DNA of 64,000 bases, taken from the NCBI GenBank assembly GCA_016217555.1, contig JACRHW010000017.1, positions 5,093 to 69,092 of the forward strand. The letters are read 5' to 3'. The position numbers were made by a program, and so were the translations under genes. The stretch is from Parcubacteria group bacterium. GTDB taxonomy: Bacteria; Patescibacteriota; Minisyncoccia; UBA6257; JACRHW01. Every line of letters begins with the position of its first letter. Position 1 is the stretch's first letter. The notes under the pieces are model-generated. The model did no database searches. It saw nothing but the letters and a program-made list of their open reading frames with translations, and was not told the DNA's origin. This document shows, piece after piece, positions 34,216 to 44,791 of this stretch.

Positions 34216-34779
34216 TTAACTCCCAAGTTTCACAAAAACAAATGGTTTTCGAACCCCAGTAGAAAACCTTTGTGCGGCCTCAAGTGCAATGTGTACCCTC
34301 CTTTTTAAATTTCTATCTTTCTGGGATGTATACAAAGAACCTTTGGCCGCGTCGGATCCGCAACCCACTGCACCGAATGGATCCATTGGTTCCTCGACCT
34401 GATAATCATTATAAATAACAAAAATCCTTCCAAGAAGTCCTATAATAAATGTACCTCCGCTTTCCCGTCCTTTTTCTCGTTCAGCCCAACCACCTTTTTT
34501 AAAACATTTTCTTAAACTAAAAATAAACTTCTTAACCATGAATCCGTAAAGATCTTTTCTCGCCCTTGCATCAACCTTTGGAAGCGTTAGTTCATACTGA
34601 ATTAATTCACCCATTCTAAAACTTGTCGTAAAGCCAAAGACCCATTTTGTTTTATCCAAACCAGTTCTCTGAAAAACTTTTCTATCTTTTCGAATTGTTA
34701 AATCGGAACCTCCGACACCTGCAGAATCTCCCCCCATCACAATATTTTCTCCGTCTGTCGCTATCGCAATGCATGTCAT
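34216..34779 (-). CDS. HslV/proteasome-beta-like N-terminal-nucleophile threonine peptidase (orphan)
   Basis: after Met removal Thr1, Asp17 (GGDSA) and Lys33 (RKDRKVF) fall exactly at HslV catalytic positions; AVGCGSD matches the GSG loop; strong SD. Confidence 0.75.
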   Translation of the reverse strand: MTCIAIATDGENIVMGGDSAGVGGSDLTIRKDRKVFQRTGLDKTKWVFGFTTSFRMGELIQYELTLPKVDARARKDLYGFMVKKFIFSLRKCFKKGGWAEREKGRESGGTFIIGLLGRIFVIYNDYQVEEPMDPFGAVGCGSDAAKGSLYTSQKDRNLKRRVHIALEAAQRFSTGVRKPFVFVKLGS

Positions 34780-34927
34780 TTGTCCGAACCTCCTAATGGA
34801 TTTTAAACGAACTATACATAAATTAACATGGATAGTTTGTATTGTCTACAAAACTCGGTTCGAACCATTCAAATCGCTAGTGTATTCAAGACAAAAGAGG
34901 CATTTCTGCCTCTTGAGTCTGCCAGAG

Positions 34928-35000
34928 TGGACCGGAGCGGACTCGAACCGCTTACCTCGTCATTGCAAATGACGCGTTCTACCAGGTGAACTACCGGCCC
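34928..35000 (-). tRNA. tRNA-Ala(UGC)
   Basis: GGGCCGG/CCGGTCC acceptor with G3:U70, anticodon loop TTTGCAA, T arm AGCGG-TTCGAGT-CCGCT. Confidence 0.95.
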
Positions 35001-35144
35001 GATTGTCTCTTATTAGATTATAGTATATCCGACATTTTTGAAATACGCTAGAGTGTGCGGAGTGTGAGGACAAGATAGACGTAATTCGATCAATCTGTTT
35101 AACTGAGGATAGGATATTGATAATGTAATAAAGGAGGTGATCGT

Positions 35145-35648
35145 GTGGTATTTTTAAAACGACTTGGCTATATCTTTTTTCTTGGAATTGCAACGTTTGT
35201 GCTTATTGGCGCATCGGTTGGGTTTATGACGTTTGCTTTGCGAACACCACTCATGCTTCTTGAGCTTGTAAGTCCCATCAAAAATGGTATGTTTCTTGTG
35301 TTTCTGGCTCTTGTCGTTCTTTTTTTGGCAGGCATGGGGATGGACTTAGCATTTCGGCACGGGTTTTCGTTTGGAAACAAGAGCATGCTTAACCAAACTC
35401 CTGCTTTGACTTCAGATGGAAGTGTCGTATTTGTGATGGGCGAGGAGGTTGCTTCGGATGGTCGGGTGTATGTAAAGGTACTGATGCCCATTGCGCACCC
35501 TATTCCGGGATTTCTCAAGATCATCCCAAGAGAGAAGATTATGTTACTTAATAATCCACCCACAGAAATGATTAAGGTAATTATGTCGAATGGTGTTATT
35601 CAACTTGGTGGGCTTGAGATCAAGGAAGTTGAAAAAAAAGAAGAATAG
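35145..35648 (+). CDS. DUF502-like membrane protein
   Basis: GTG start with AAGGAGGTG SD; two TM helices; MPIAHPIPGFLKIIPREKI resembles the DUF502 P-x-P-x-x-G motif. Confidence 0.5.
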   Translation: MVFLKRLGYIFFLGIATFVLIGASVGFMTFALRTPLMLLELVSPIKNGMFLVFLALVVLFLAGMGMDLAFRHGFSFGNKSMLNQTPALTSDGSVVFVMGEEVASDGRVYVKVLMPIAHPIPGFLKIIPREKIMLLNNPPTEMIKVIMSNGVIQLGGLEIKEVEKKEE

Positions 35649-35732
35649 TGTAACAAAAACAGCTTATCATAGCTGTTTTTTATATTGTGGAAGGGACGTT
35701 TTTTTTATATACTCAAGACATAATGTAAACAT

Positions 35733-37034
35733 ATGGTTAAAAAATCAATTTTGTTTTTATTAGGTTTTATTATCATATTTTTAGTAGTGTTTGGTGTCGT
35801 AAAGAAATATCATATTTTTTCACGGTTTGTATCTCTACGTGGTTCGTCGTTGTCTGAACTGTCTTTTGAGGATGCATTAAAACAGGGTTTTCAGAAGAAA
35901 ATTCAGAGAGAGGTCCTCCTTGCCACAACATCAGACAAAATAACACTAGAAAGGAAGGAGGAATATGTTGCCGTAGTAGACTACGAACAGAGAGTAATTC
36001 GTGCCATAGAGAAGTCGTCGCCTGCGGTAGTGAGTGTGATTATCTCTAAAGATGTGCCAGTACTCGAGCAGTATTACGCAACCCCTCTTAATAACGATCC
36101 ACTTTTCCAAGATTTTTTTGGGGGACAAGTACAGATTCCTCAGGTGCGTCAAGGGGGGGTAGAGCGTAAGGAGGTGGGAGGGGGCTCGGGGTTTATTATT
36201 TCTTCCGATGGTCTTATCGTGACTAATAAACACGTTGTTTCTGATCCGAATGCTTCGTATATTATATTGCTTAATGATGGGAAGAGATTTCCTGCAAAGG
36301 TGCTTGCGAAAGATGCACAGCAGGATATGGCAGTTCTTAAAATAGAGGCAAGTGGGCTTCCTACTCTTTCGTTGGGAGATTCTGATACGGTGAGAATCGG
36401 GCAAACGGCAATTGCAATCGGAAATTCATTGGGTGAATTCCGGAATACTGCTTCTACCGGAATAATTTCCGGATTGGCGCGTACTATTACCGCAGGAGGG
36501 GGTGGTATCGTGGAGACACTTCAGGGAGTTATTCAGACTGATGCGGCAATCAATCAGGGGAATTCGGGTGGGCCACTTCTTAATCTTCGTGGTGAGGTAA
36601 TTGGTGTTAATGCGGCAATAGCTCAGGGTGCTCAGAGTGTTGGATTTGCCATTCCTATCAACAAAGTAAAACGTGCTATTGAGGATGTGAAAGCTACCGG
36701 AAAGATCTCCGCTCCCTACCTTGGAATACGGTATGTTATTCTTGATGAGATAGTACAAAAAAAAGAGGGGCTAGGTGTTTCTTATGGTGCTTTCGTCCGT
36801 AGTGGTGAGAAGGGTGGCGTAGCCATTGTTCCCAATTCTCCTGCAAAGAAGGCGGGTATTAAAGAAAGGGATATTATACTCGAGGTTAATGGCAAGAAAG
36901 TGACCAAGGACGTTCCCTTGACCGATATAGTAAGCCAGTATAAGGTAGGGGATACGTTGACGCTTAAGGTCTTGCGTGGGAGCGAGACGATTGAAGTTAA
37001 AATAACCCTAGAACAAAGACCAACAAATCTTTAA
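35733..37034 (+). CDS. HtrA/DegP-family serine protease with PDZ domain
   Basis: catalytic triad context TNKHVV / DMAVLKI / GNSGGPLLN; C-terminal PDZ. Confidence 0.92.
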   Translation: MVKKSILFLLGFIIIFLVVFGVVKKYHIFSRFVSLRGSSLSELSFEDALKQGFQKKIQREVLLATTSDKITLERKEEYVAVVDYEQRVIRAIEKSSPAVVSVIISKDVPVLEQYYATPLNNDPLFQDFFGGQVQIPQVRQGGVERKEVGGGSGFIISSDGLIVTNKHVVSDPNASYIILLNDGKRFPAKVLAKDAQQDMAVLKIEASGLPTLSLGDSDTVRIGQTAIAIGNSLGEFRNTASTGIISGLARTITAGGGGIVETLQGVIQTDAAINQGNSGGPLLNLRGEVIGVNAAIAQGAQSVGFAIPINKVKRAIEDVKATGKISAPYLGIRYVILDEIVQKKEGLGVSYGAFVRSGEKGGVAIVPNSPAKKAGIKERDIILEVNGKKVTKDVPLTDIVSQYKVGDTLTLKVLRGSETIEVKITLEQRPTNL

Positions 37035-37135
37035 CTCAAAAATCAAAATGCAAAACTACAACTAAAAACTGAACGAACCAGCAAAAAAGTTTTATGGTTT
37101 TTAGTTGAAGTTTTGACTTTTGATTTTTAATTTTT
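37034..37135. repeat. 'caaaa-word' palindromic element, copy A3
   Basis: ctcaaaaatcaaaatgcaaaactacaactaaaaac ... gtttttagttgaagttttgacttttgattttt. Confidence 0.8.
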
Positions 37136-37141
37136 TACACC

Positions 37142-39754
37142 ATGTTTGCCCCATTTAATCGTTTTACATTGAAGGCTCAGGAGGCGATTCAGGCGGCGCA
37201 GGATCTTGCTCTTGAGCGGAATAATGCTGAGCTTAAATCACTCCATCTTTTGGTTGCCCTCCTTGATCAGGAGGAGTCTTTGGTATTTGTTGGGCTTGCA
37301 AAGTTGGGGGTAAATTTGAATTCATTGCGTGCCGCAGTTGAAGTCGAACTCAATCGCCTTCCTCGCGTCGCAGGAGGTGCGCAAAAGGCCCAGCTTTATA
37401 TTTCACAGGAGATGATGCAGATCCTCGAGATTGCGTCTCGAGAGGCGGCTAAAATGAAAGATGAGTTTATCTCGTGTGAACATCTCTTTCTTGGTGTGCT
37501 TGAGGTCGCATCAAGGAGTCGTGAGGTGTTGAAGAATTTTGGAATAAATTATGCAGAGTTTGTAAAAACCCTCCTTGATGTAAGGGGGGGTATGCAGGTG
37601 AACGACGAAACACCAGAGACGAAGTTTAAGACACTTGAAAAATACGCAATCAATCTTACTCAGCTTGCGCGTGAGGGGAAACTTGATCCCACTATTGGGA
37701 GGGACAATGAGCTGAGGCGATTAATACAAATTCTTTCGCGCAGGACAAAGAACAATCCTATTTTAATTGGTGAGCCAGGGGTGGGAAAGACGGCGATTGT
37801 TGAGGGGTTAGCGCAGCGCATTATATCGCAGGATGTACCTGATTTGCTTCAGGGAAAGGAGGTGATTTCACTTGATCTGGGGGCGCTTATTGCTGGTACT
37901 AAGTTTAGAGGTGAGTTTGAGGACCGTCTGAAGGCGTTTATCAAAGAACTTCAAAAGCAGCAGGGGAGGTACATTCTTTTTATCGATGAAATTCATATGA
38001 TTGTAGGGGCTGGTGCTGCAGAGGGGGCGGTTGATGCAGCAAATCTATTAAAATCTCCCCTTGCACGAGGAGAGCTACGTGCCATTGGAGCGACAACGCT
38101 CAAGGAGTATCAGCGACATATCGAGAAAGATGCGGCGCTCGAGCGTAGATTTCAACCTATTCTTGTGGAGGAGCCAAGTATCGAGGATAGTATCGCTATC
38201 CTCCGCGGTCTTAAAATTAAATATGAAATGCATCATGGTGTCAAAATTTCTGATGGTGCTATTGTCGCGGCGGTAAATTTAGGAAGTCGTTATATTTCTA
38301 ATCGCTTTTTGCCCGACAAGGCGGTTGATCTTATAGACGAAGCTTCATCAAGTGTAAAGATTGAGATGGGGTCTATGCCAGTAGAACTTGAGAAGGGTTC
38401 TCGCCTTATTACTCGGCTCGAGATAGAAAAAGAATCGCTTAAGAAAGAGTTGTCGATGGTAAGTAAGAAGCGTCTTCACGAGATAGAGATCGAGCTTACA
38501 AAACTCCATGGAGAAAAGGATGGCTTGATGGGGCAATGGAAAAGCGAAAAAGATGCAATAGAAAAGGTGAACGTATTGCACCGCTCTATTGACGAATTTA
38601 AGCAAGATGCCGAGCGCTACGAACGGGAGGGTGATCTTGAAAAGGTTGCCGAGCTTGTGTATGGAAAAATTCCGCATGCAGAGAAAACACTGACGAATCT
38701 CGAAAGAAAAACAGCAAAAGCACAGCAAAGTTTCCAATTTGTAAAGGAAAAAGTTACCGAGGAGGAGATCGCAAAGGTGGTTTCGCGATGGACGGGCATC
38801 CCTGTTCACAAAATGCTTGAGGGCGAATCTGAAAAACTAAGAACGATGGAGGAGGTGCTGCATAGGCGGGTGGTGGGGCAGGAGGAGGCGGTTACCGCCG
38901 TTTCCCGGGCTATTAAGAGAAGTCGTCTTGGACTTTCTGACGAAAATAAACCGATCGGCTCCTTCTTGTTTTTGGGGCCTACAGGAGTGGGAAAGACAGA
39001 GCTTGCAAAAACGCTTGCTGATTTTATGTTTAATGATGAAAATGCAATTATTCGTCTTGATATGTCTGAGTATATGGAACAGCATTCTATTGCGAAGCTT
39101 ATCGGTTCTCCTCCGGGATATGTCGGATATGATGAGGCGGGGCAACTTACTGAAATCGTAAAACACAGGCCATACTCTCTTATTCTTTTTGATGAAATCG
39201 AAAAGGCACATCCCGAGGTCTTTCATATTCTTCTTCAGGTTCTCGATAATGGGCGCCTTACCGATTCGAAAGGGAGAATGGTGAATTTCAAGAATACGAT
39301 TATTATTATGACCTCAAATATTGGAGGGGAGTTTATCCAGGAGGGAAATCTTGGATTTGCAATGGGAGATAGGTCGGTGGGAGAGGTAAATACCAAAATT
39401 AGAATTCAAGATGCGCTTAAGGGCTATTTCCGCCCCGAATTTCTTAATAGAATCGACGAAATTGTGATTTTTAATGCTTTGCGTGAAGAGGATTTGGAAA
39501 AAATTATTGATCTACAATTAACACAAGTGAGAGAGCGTCTTGCTAAAAAGAATATCGTTTTAAAGATAGACGAAAAAGCACGGAAATATCTTGTCGAGCA
39601 TGGCTATGATCGCGATTTTGGAGCGCGCCCCCTGAAGCGTCTTATACAAAAGCTTGTCGTAGATGCTGTTGCTCAAAAGCTTATTTCCGGAGAACTTAAG
39701 GAGGGCAGGGTGAATGTATCGATGAGGGGACAGGAACTTGTCTTTAGCCGGTAA
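37142..39754 (+). CDS. clpB: ATP-dependent chaperone ClpB
   Basis: Clp N domain, two AAA+ modules ([16 protein letters not shown]), long middle coiled coil. Confidence 0.97.
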   Translation: MFAPFNRFTLKAQEAIQAAQDLALERNNAELKSLHLLVALLDQEESLVFVGLAKLGVNLNSLRAAVEVELNRLPRVAGGAQKAQLYISQEMMQILEIASREAAKMKDEFISCEHLFLGVLEVASRSREVLKNFGINYAEFVKTLLDVRGGMQVNDETPETKFKTLEKYAINLTQLAREGKLDPTIGRDNELRRLIQILSRRTKNNPILIGEPGVGKTAIVEGLAQRIISQDVPDLLQGKEVISLDLGALIAGTKFRGEFEDRLKAFIKELQKQQGRYILFIDEIHMIVGAGAAEGAVDAANLLKSPLARGELRAIGATTLKEYQRHIEKDAALERRFQPILVEEPSIEDSIAILRGLKIKYEMHHGVKISDGAIVAAVNLGSRYISNRFLPDKAVDLIDEASSSVKIEMGSMPVELEKGSRLITRLEIEKESLKKELSMVSKKRLHEIEIELTKLHGEKDGLMGQWKSEKDAIEKVNVLHRSIDEFKQDAERYEREGDLEKVAELVYGKIPHAEKTLTNLERKTAKAQQSFQFVKEKVTEEEIAKVVSRWTGIPVHKMLEGESEKLRTMEEVLHRRVVGQEEAVTAVSRAIKRSRLGLSDENKPIGSFLFLGPTGVGKTELAKTLADFMFNDENAIIRLDMSEYMEQHSIAKLIGSPPGYVGYDEAGQLTEIVKHRPYSLILFDEIEKAHPEVFHILLQVLDNGRLTDSKGRMVNFKNTIIIMTSNIGGEFIQEGNLGFAMGDRSVGEVNTKIRIQDALKGYFRPEFLNRIDEIVIFNALREEDLEKIIDLQLTQVRERLAKKNIVLKIDEKARKYLVEHGYDRDFGARPLKRLIQKLVVDAVAQKLISGELKEGRVNVSMRGQELVFSR

Positions 39755-39822
39755 CATTCATCATCGCCTTGTCATTCTGAAGCGTCATCCGTCAACTGGT
39801 GGAGAAGAATCTCCCGATATCT

Positions 39823-39936
39823 TACCCCACCCGAGACCAAAGCTCATCTCCAAAGGGGAGACCGTTACAACCCCCCTATTATAGCGATAACACCTGACTC
39901 CCCCTTGAGGATGATCATTTGGTCTCGGGTGGGGTA
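39823..39936. mobile_element. 114-bp MITE-like element (family K) with 19-nt perfect TIR
   Basis: taccccacccgagaccaaa ... tttggtctcgggtggggta. Confidence 0.7.
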
Positions 39937-39964
39937 CTTGAATGAGGCTTTATGAATTATTTAT

Positions 39965-40747
39965 ATGAAATTTCTTAGACGATATTACAATGAGCTTTTT
40001 TCTTTGTGCGTTTTTTCCCCCCTGGTGATACTTGGGATGCGGTCTGGTGTGGTTGGGGGGATAGGTATTGCGGGTTTTCTTACGTTTTTTGCGGCAATAA
40101 TATTCCGGAATAACTATATTACCGCTTTTTCCGTGTTGTTGCTCATACCCTTTTTGGTATTTGGAGATGTGAGTTCTTTTTTTGGAATCGGACCGACAGC
40201 CTTCGGCTCCCTTATTTCTTTAGTATTTTACCTCTTTTGTTCCTCTTTTTTACACAAAAAAAATTGGATATGGATGTGGTATATTCCGGTATGGCTTTTT
40301 GGTTTTGAGCTCTTAGGTAGTATTTCGTTTGATATATTGAAAGATAGTACTATTTTTGTTGCATTTTTCAGTCTCACACACCTTTTTCTTGCTTTATCTG
40401 TTCCGCGAATCCGTCAGCCGGCGGAGGGAATCCAGAAAACATCGATGTTACCACTGGATCCCCACCTTCGTGGGGATGACACCATTACTGTGGATAAGCC
40501 CGTCCTACTTCGTTTTTTTGCTTTTCTTTTTTCCACACTTTTGTTTGAGCTTTTTTGGGTCATACGGGTACTTCCTTTAGGAGTTTTTTTGGGTTCTCTG
40601 TTTATTGTGGTTTTCTTTTATTTCATTACCCACCTCTATCGTGGTTATATTTTAGAAAAGCCCATTCAGTATTATATTCGTCCTAGCGCGTTTACTTTTC
40701 TTTTATTGCTTGCTATCCTGATAACTGCAATTAAAACTCCTTTTTAA
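39965..40747 (+). CDS. polytopic membrane protein with a repeat element translated in frame
   Basis: 260-aa hydrophobic ORF; residues VPRIRQPAEGIQKTSMLPLDPHLRGDD are encoded by a family-G palindromic repeat. Confidence 0.6.
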   Translation: MKFLRRYYNELFSLCVFSPLVILGMRSGVVGGIGIAGFLTFFAAIIFRNNYITAFSVLLLIPFLVFGDVSSFFGIGPTAFGSLISLVFYLFCSSFLHKKNWIWMWYIPVWLFGFELLGSISFDILKDSTIFVAFFSLTHLFLALSVPRIRQPAEGIQKTSMLPLDPHLRGDDTITVDKPVLLRFFAFLFSTLLFELFWVIRVLPLGVFLGSLFIVVFFYFITHLYRGYILEKPIQYYIRPSAFTFLLLLAILITAIKTPF

Positions 40748-40751
40748 TAGT

Positions 40752-42728
40752 ATGCGTACACTTGTAAAAATCTTTCTTTTTCTTTCTATTTTTTCTTTAA
40801 TAATTTTTTCTACCGATTTATTTTTTCCCTATATTACGGGTAAGATTTTTGCATTTCGTTTTTTCATTGAATTTGCTTTTATCGCATGGATTCTTGATCT
40901 TTTTTTGCGAAAAACGTTACGGTTCCGTTTTTCCGAGCCAATAGTGAAGGCTCTTCTCATTTTTTCCGGCTCCCTAATTGTTTCTGCCTTTTTTGGAGTA
41001 AATCCTTCGTTTAGTTTTTGGTCTGATTTTGAACGTAGCGAGGGACTATTCTCCTTTTTTCATTATCTCGCGTTCTTTATTATGCTTCTTGATGTGTTTG
41101 TCATGGATGATTACTATCGTTTAATTAAAGCATTTCTTATTATTTCTCCTTTTATTGCCTATTATCAGTTTTCTAATTATGTAAATATTGAAAAACATGC
41201 TTTTGGAAGAATTAATGGACTTCTTGGAAATCCTTCCTATGTGGCAACATTTCTTCTTTTTGTTTTTGGTCTTGGTTTTTATCTTGTTCTTAAAAATAGA
41301 GAACTGTTTCGCTCAACAAAAGACGTCTTTGTGTTGTTTGAGAACTGGCTTTGGTGTTTAATTTTATTGATTGACATTCCTGCCTTTTTCTTTACACAAA
41401 CACGTGGAGCATATGTGGGCGTTTTTGTGGCATTGGTTGTTTATCTTATTATGCTTGGGCGATATGGGGTGGCAAAGGAAAAAAAGATGGCCCGGTACAG
41501 TCTTCTTTTTCTGAGCATTTTTATCGTTTTGGGCAGTGTGCTTATCTTAAAAACAAATGTACTCCCATCGAATTTAAAAGATCCGGGAAGTTTGGTTTCT
41601 CGTTTTTCTACATGGAAGGCCGCTTTGCGTGGATTTCTTGATCGTCCTTTGCTCGGATATGGTCCCGAAAATTTTAACATTGCTTTTGATAGACACTATG
41701 ACCCAGTCCATTCGGGACTAGAGACGTGGTTTGATCATGCACACAATCTTCCCGTTGAGCTTCTTGCGGTGACAGGCGTTGTCGGTTTTCTTGCGTATTT
41801 ATATATTTTTTATATTTTTTTTCGCTATTACTTCTCGATTATCCTTAAAAAACGTCCTATCTATGAAGCGGCTCTTTTCCTTGCAATCCCTGTAGCATAT
41901 TTCATTCAAAATCTTGCCCTATTTGATTCTCTTACCTCTTATGTTTTATTTTTTACATTTCTCGCCTTGGCACGCACCATCGTACTAAGGGAAACCAATA
42001 CATATAGTACCAATATAGTGTATTTTGGACGACCATTATTTATTGGGTTGTGTTGCATCATTCTTTTTTTTGCCCCCCTTTTTGGGATATATTCAAACAT
42101 ATTTGCACTACAAAAAAACATGCGCCTTCTCGCCACATTTTTACCACCACAACAATCGTTTTCTCCGAGCGCAAAAGTAAATGTATATAAGCAACTGTTT
42201 GATTTGCCGGGTTTTGTGGGGAGACGTGAGATTTCTACCGCTCTTGCAAAAGATATATTCGATTGGTCTTCTTCTCGTAATCTTAGTAAGTTTTCCAGAG
42301 AAGATTTTGATGCTTTGAATGAAGGAATAAATATGAGTGAAGAATATCTAACACATGACCCTTCTCATATTCGCAATTATTATTTGTTGGGATATGCTTA
42401 TTCATCAATTGGGGGTTATTTTAAAGACAGAAAGGCTCTGATTCGCGGAGAGGATATCCTCAAAAGAGCAGATAAGTTGAGTCCTGGTAGAATAGAATTT
42501 CTTGAAGTTCTGATTAAAAATCTTGGCGCGCAGAAGAAATATGACGAAGCTCTTAAGTATTCTTTAGAAATTATACGATTGCGCCCCGATATGGAGGCGG
42601 GTCACCGATTCGCCGGAGTCTTTTATCAAAAGATAGGAGAGACAAAGAAGGGGAAAGAAGAGCTTGGCAAAGCATTATTGATTAATCCATCTTCAACCGC
42701 ATCCATATTTTTAGAAGAGAACAAGTAG
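40752..42728 (+). CDS. O-antigen-ligase-like (Wzy_C-type) polytopic membrane protein with C-terminal TPR repeats, paralog 1
   Basis: FFFTQTRGAYVG loop motif, >10 TM, TPR-like tail; 658 aa. Confidence 0.75.
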   Translation: MRTLVKIFLFLSIFSLIIFSTDLFFPYITGKIFAFRFFIEFAFIAWILDLFLRKTLRFRFSEPIVKALLIFSGSLIVSAFFGVNPSFSFWSDFERSEGLFSFFHYLAFFIMLLDVFVMDDYYRLIKAFLIISPFIAYYQFSNYVNIEKHAFGRINGLLGNPSYVATFLLFVFGLGFYLVLKNRELFRSTKDVFVLFENWLWCLILLIDIPAFFFTQTRGAYVGVFVALVVYLIMLGRYGVAKEKKMARYSLLFLSIFIVLGSVLILKTNVLPSNLKDPGSLVSRFSTWKAALRGFLDRPLLGYGPENFNIAFDRHYDPVHSGLETWFDHAHNLPVELLAVTGVVGFLAYLYIFYIFFRYYFSIILKKRPIYEAALFLAIPVAYFIQNLALFDSLTSYVLFFTFLALARTIVLRETNTYSTNIVYFGRPLFIGLCCIILFFAPLFGIYSNIFALQKNMRLLATFLPPQQSFSPSAKVNVYKQLFDLPGFVGRREISTALAKDIFDWSSSRNLSKFSREDFDALNEGINMSEEYLTHDPSHIRNYYLLGYAYSSIGGYFKDRKALIRGEDILKRADKLSPGRIEFLEVLIKNLGAQKKYDEALKYSLEIIRLRPDMEAGHRFAGVFYQKIGETKKGKEELGKALLINPSSTASIFLEENK

Positions 42729-42776
42729 CGTGTTCAGGAGGCCAATAATTACAATCAAAACTTTTTTTAAAATTCC

Positions 42777-44753
42777 ATGCGTGTTCTTGTAAAAATCTTT
42801 CTTTTTCTTTCTATTTTTTCTTTAACGTTTTTTTTAGCTGACTATTATTTCCCCTATATTGTCAGCAAGGTATTTCCTTTTCGATTGTTTATCGAGCTTG
42901 CGACAATCTCGTGGCTCATCAATCTCTATTGGTTTCGTATAATACGTTTTAAGTTTTCTGAACCTATTGTAAAGGCTGTTCTTGTTTTTTCTGGGGCACT
43001 TCTTGCCTCCACTCTTTTTGGGGTGAACCCACTCTTTAGTTTTTGGTCTAATTTTGAACGGAGCGAGGGGCTTTTTTCTTTCTTGCATTATTTAGCATTT
43101 TTCATCCTCCTCATTGATGTATTTTCTGAAGATGACTACTATCGTCTTATTAAGTTTCTTCTTCTCCTCTCCCCGCTTATTTCTTATTATGGGTTTTCGA
43201 GTTTTCGGGATGCTAATACTTATCAGTATGGAAGAGTGTTTGGGGTTTTTGGAAATCCCTCATACCTTGCGGCATTTCTTATTTTTGTGTTTGGGTTTGG
43301 TGTGTTGTTGATTTTGAGAAATATAGAATTTGCTAAAGTTTTGAAGGATCCCTTGTTGATTGTCGAAAATATACTTTGGATAGTTCTTTTGTTGGGAGAT
43401 GTTCCAGCATTCATTCTTACACAGACAAGAGGTGCTTACATTGGACTTTTGGTTGGCGTGCTTGTTTTTCTTATCTTTCTTTTGCGGCAGGGAAAGGGGG
43501 TTCAGAAAAAATATGCTGTCGGAGGTCTCATTGTACTTCTTTCTCTTGTTGCGCTTGCGGGGTTTGTCATTTTAAAAACCAAAATAGCTCCGGCGAATCT
43601 TAAGGATCCATCCACACTTGTCTTTCGTTTTGCTACGTGGGGTTCAGCATGGAAATCATTTCTCGACCATCCTCTTTTCGGGTATGGTATGGAAAATTTT
43701 TCAGTTGGATTTGATAAGCACTATAACCCAATCCATTCGGGTGTTGAAGTCTGGTTTGATCACGCCCACAGTGTGATATTTGATGCACTTGCAAGCACGG
43801 GTCTCTTGGGACTTATTTCCTATATTGCTATTTTTGTAGTACTATTTCGTTTCTATCTTCCCGTGATCACAAAACGACGCCCGGTGTTGGAGGCTGGTGT
43901 ATTCTTTGCCCTTCCTATTGCATATTTTGTCCAAAACCTTGTTTTGTTTGATACCCTTTCTTCCTATATCCTTTTCTTTCTCTTTCTTGGTGTGGTGCGT
44001 TCAGTGTTTTTGAAGGAGACAAGCAAGAATAAAGAGAAAACTTTTTTTGCGGCACACCCCATACTACTAAGTTTTGTAGTGGTGATGCTTGTTATTGCTG
44101 TAGTTTTTGGTATTTATGCGAACTTTGTTGCTTATCAAAAAAATAGGGAGTTAAGGACCGCCTACACTCTTTCTCGCCAATCCCAACTTCCTCGTGGAGT
44201 GGAGGAGTATCGAGGATTACTTGATATGCCAGGATATTTAGGAAGAAGGGAGGTGATTAAGGATTTTGCCGCTTATTTGTATGAGTGGTCCGCAAAATCT
44301 GATTTGCGGTCTCTTTCCAAAGAGGATGGTGGTGCCCTGGGTGGGGGCTTGAGGACAGTAAACGATTTTCTTGACAAGGAAGATCCTCAATACCTTAATG
44401 GATATTATCTTTTTGCGAATACCTATAACGTGATTGCATTTAAATTGGGTGATGCTACCGTGTTTCAAAAGACGGAATCTACCCTAAAAGAAATGAATAC
44501 AAAGAGCCCAAATCGCATAGAAATAATCAATTTGCTTGCAGATAATCTTATTGCACAGAGAAAGTATGACGAGGCGCTTAGTTATGCGCTTCAAATTACA
44601 ACACTGCGTCCTGACATGGAGGTGGGGCATAGGCTTGTTGGGTTTGTATACAATAAGATAGGGAGGCGTGACGAAGCTAAAAAAAAGGGGGAGGAGGCTT
44701 TACGTATCAATCCAAGCTCTACCGCCGCAGAATATCTTAAAAAAATACGTTAA
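42777..44753 (+). CDS. O-antigen-ligase-like membrane protein with TPR repeats, paralog 2
   Basis: same architecture and same length (658 aa) as the upstream gene. Confidence 0.75.
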   Translation: MRVLVKIFLFLSIFSLTFFLADYYFPYIVSKVFPFRLFIELATISWLINLYWFRIIRFKFSEPIVKAVLVFSGALLASTLFGVNPLFSFWSNFERSEGLFSFLHYLAFFILLIDVFSEDDYYRLIKFLLLLSPLISYYGFSSFRDANTYQYGRVFGVFGNPSYLAAFLIFVFGFGVLLILRNIEFAKVLKDPLLIVENILWIVLLLGDVPAFILTQTRGAYIGLLVGVLVFLIFLLRQGKGVQKKYAVGGLIVLLSLVALAGFVILKTKIAPANLKDPSTLVFRFATWGSAWKSFLDHPLFGYGMENFSVGFDKHYNPIHSGVEVWFDHAHSVIFDALASTGLLGLISYIAIFVVLFRFYLPVITKRRPVLEAGVFFALPIAYFVQNLVLFDTLSSYILFFLFLGVVRSVFLKETSKNKEKTFFAAHPILLSFVVVMLVIAVVFGIYANFVAYQKNRELRTAYTLSRQSQLPRGVEEYRGLLDMPGYLGRREVIKDFAAYLYEWSAKSDLRSLSKEDGGALGGGLRTVNDFLDKEDPQYLNGYYLFANTYNVIAFKLGDATVFQKTESTLKEMNTKSPNRIEIINLLADNLIAQRKYDEALSYALQITTLRPDMEVGHRLVGFVYNKIGRRDEAKKKGEEALRINPSSTAAEYLKKIR

Positions 44754-44791
44754 TTATAGTATTGCCTGAGCTTGTCGAAGGCTTACCATTT

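Noticed and set aside
34780-35000. tRNA-Ala considered as the attachment site of an integrated element carrying the proteasome-like gene
   Set aside because: I found no direct repeat of the tRNA 3' end at the far side (33.8-34.2 kb) and no integrase gene. There is only a 7-nt chance-level match.
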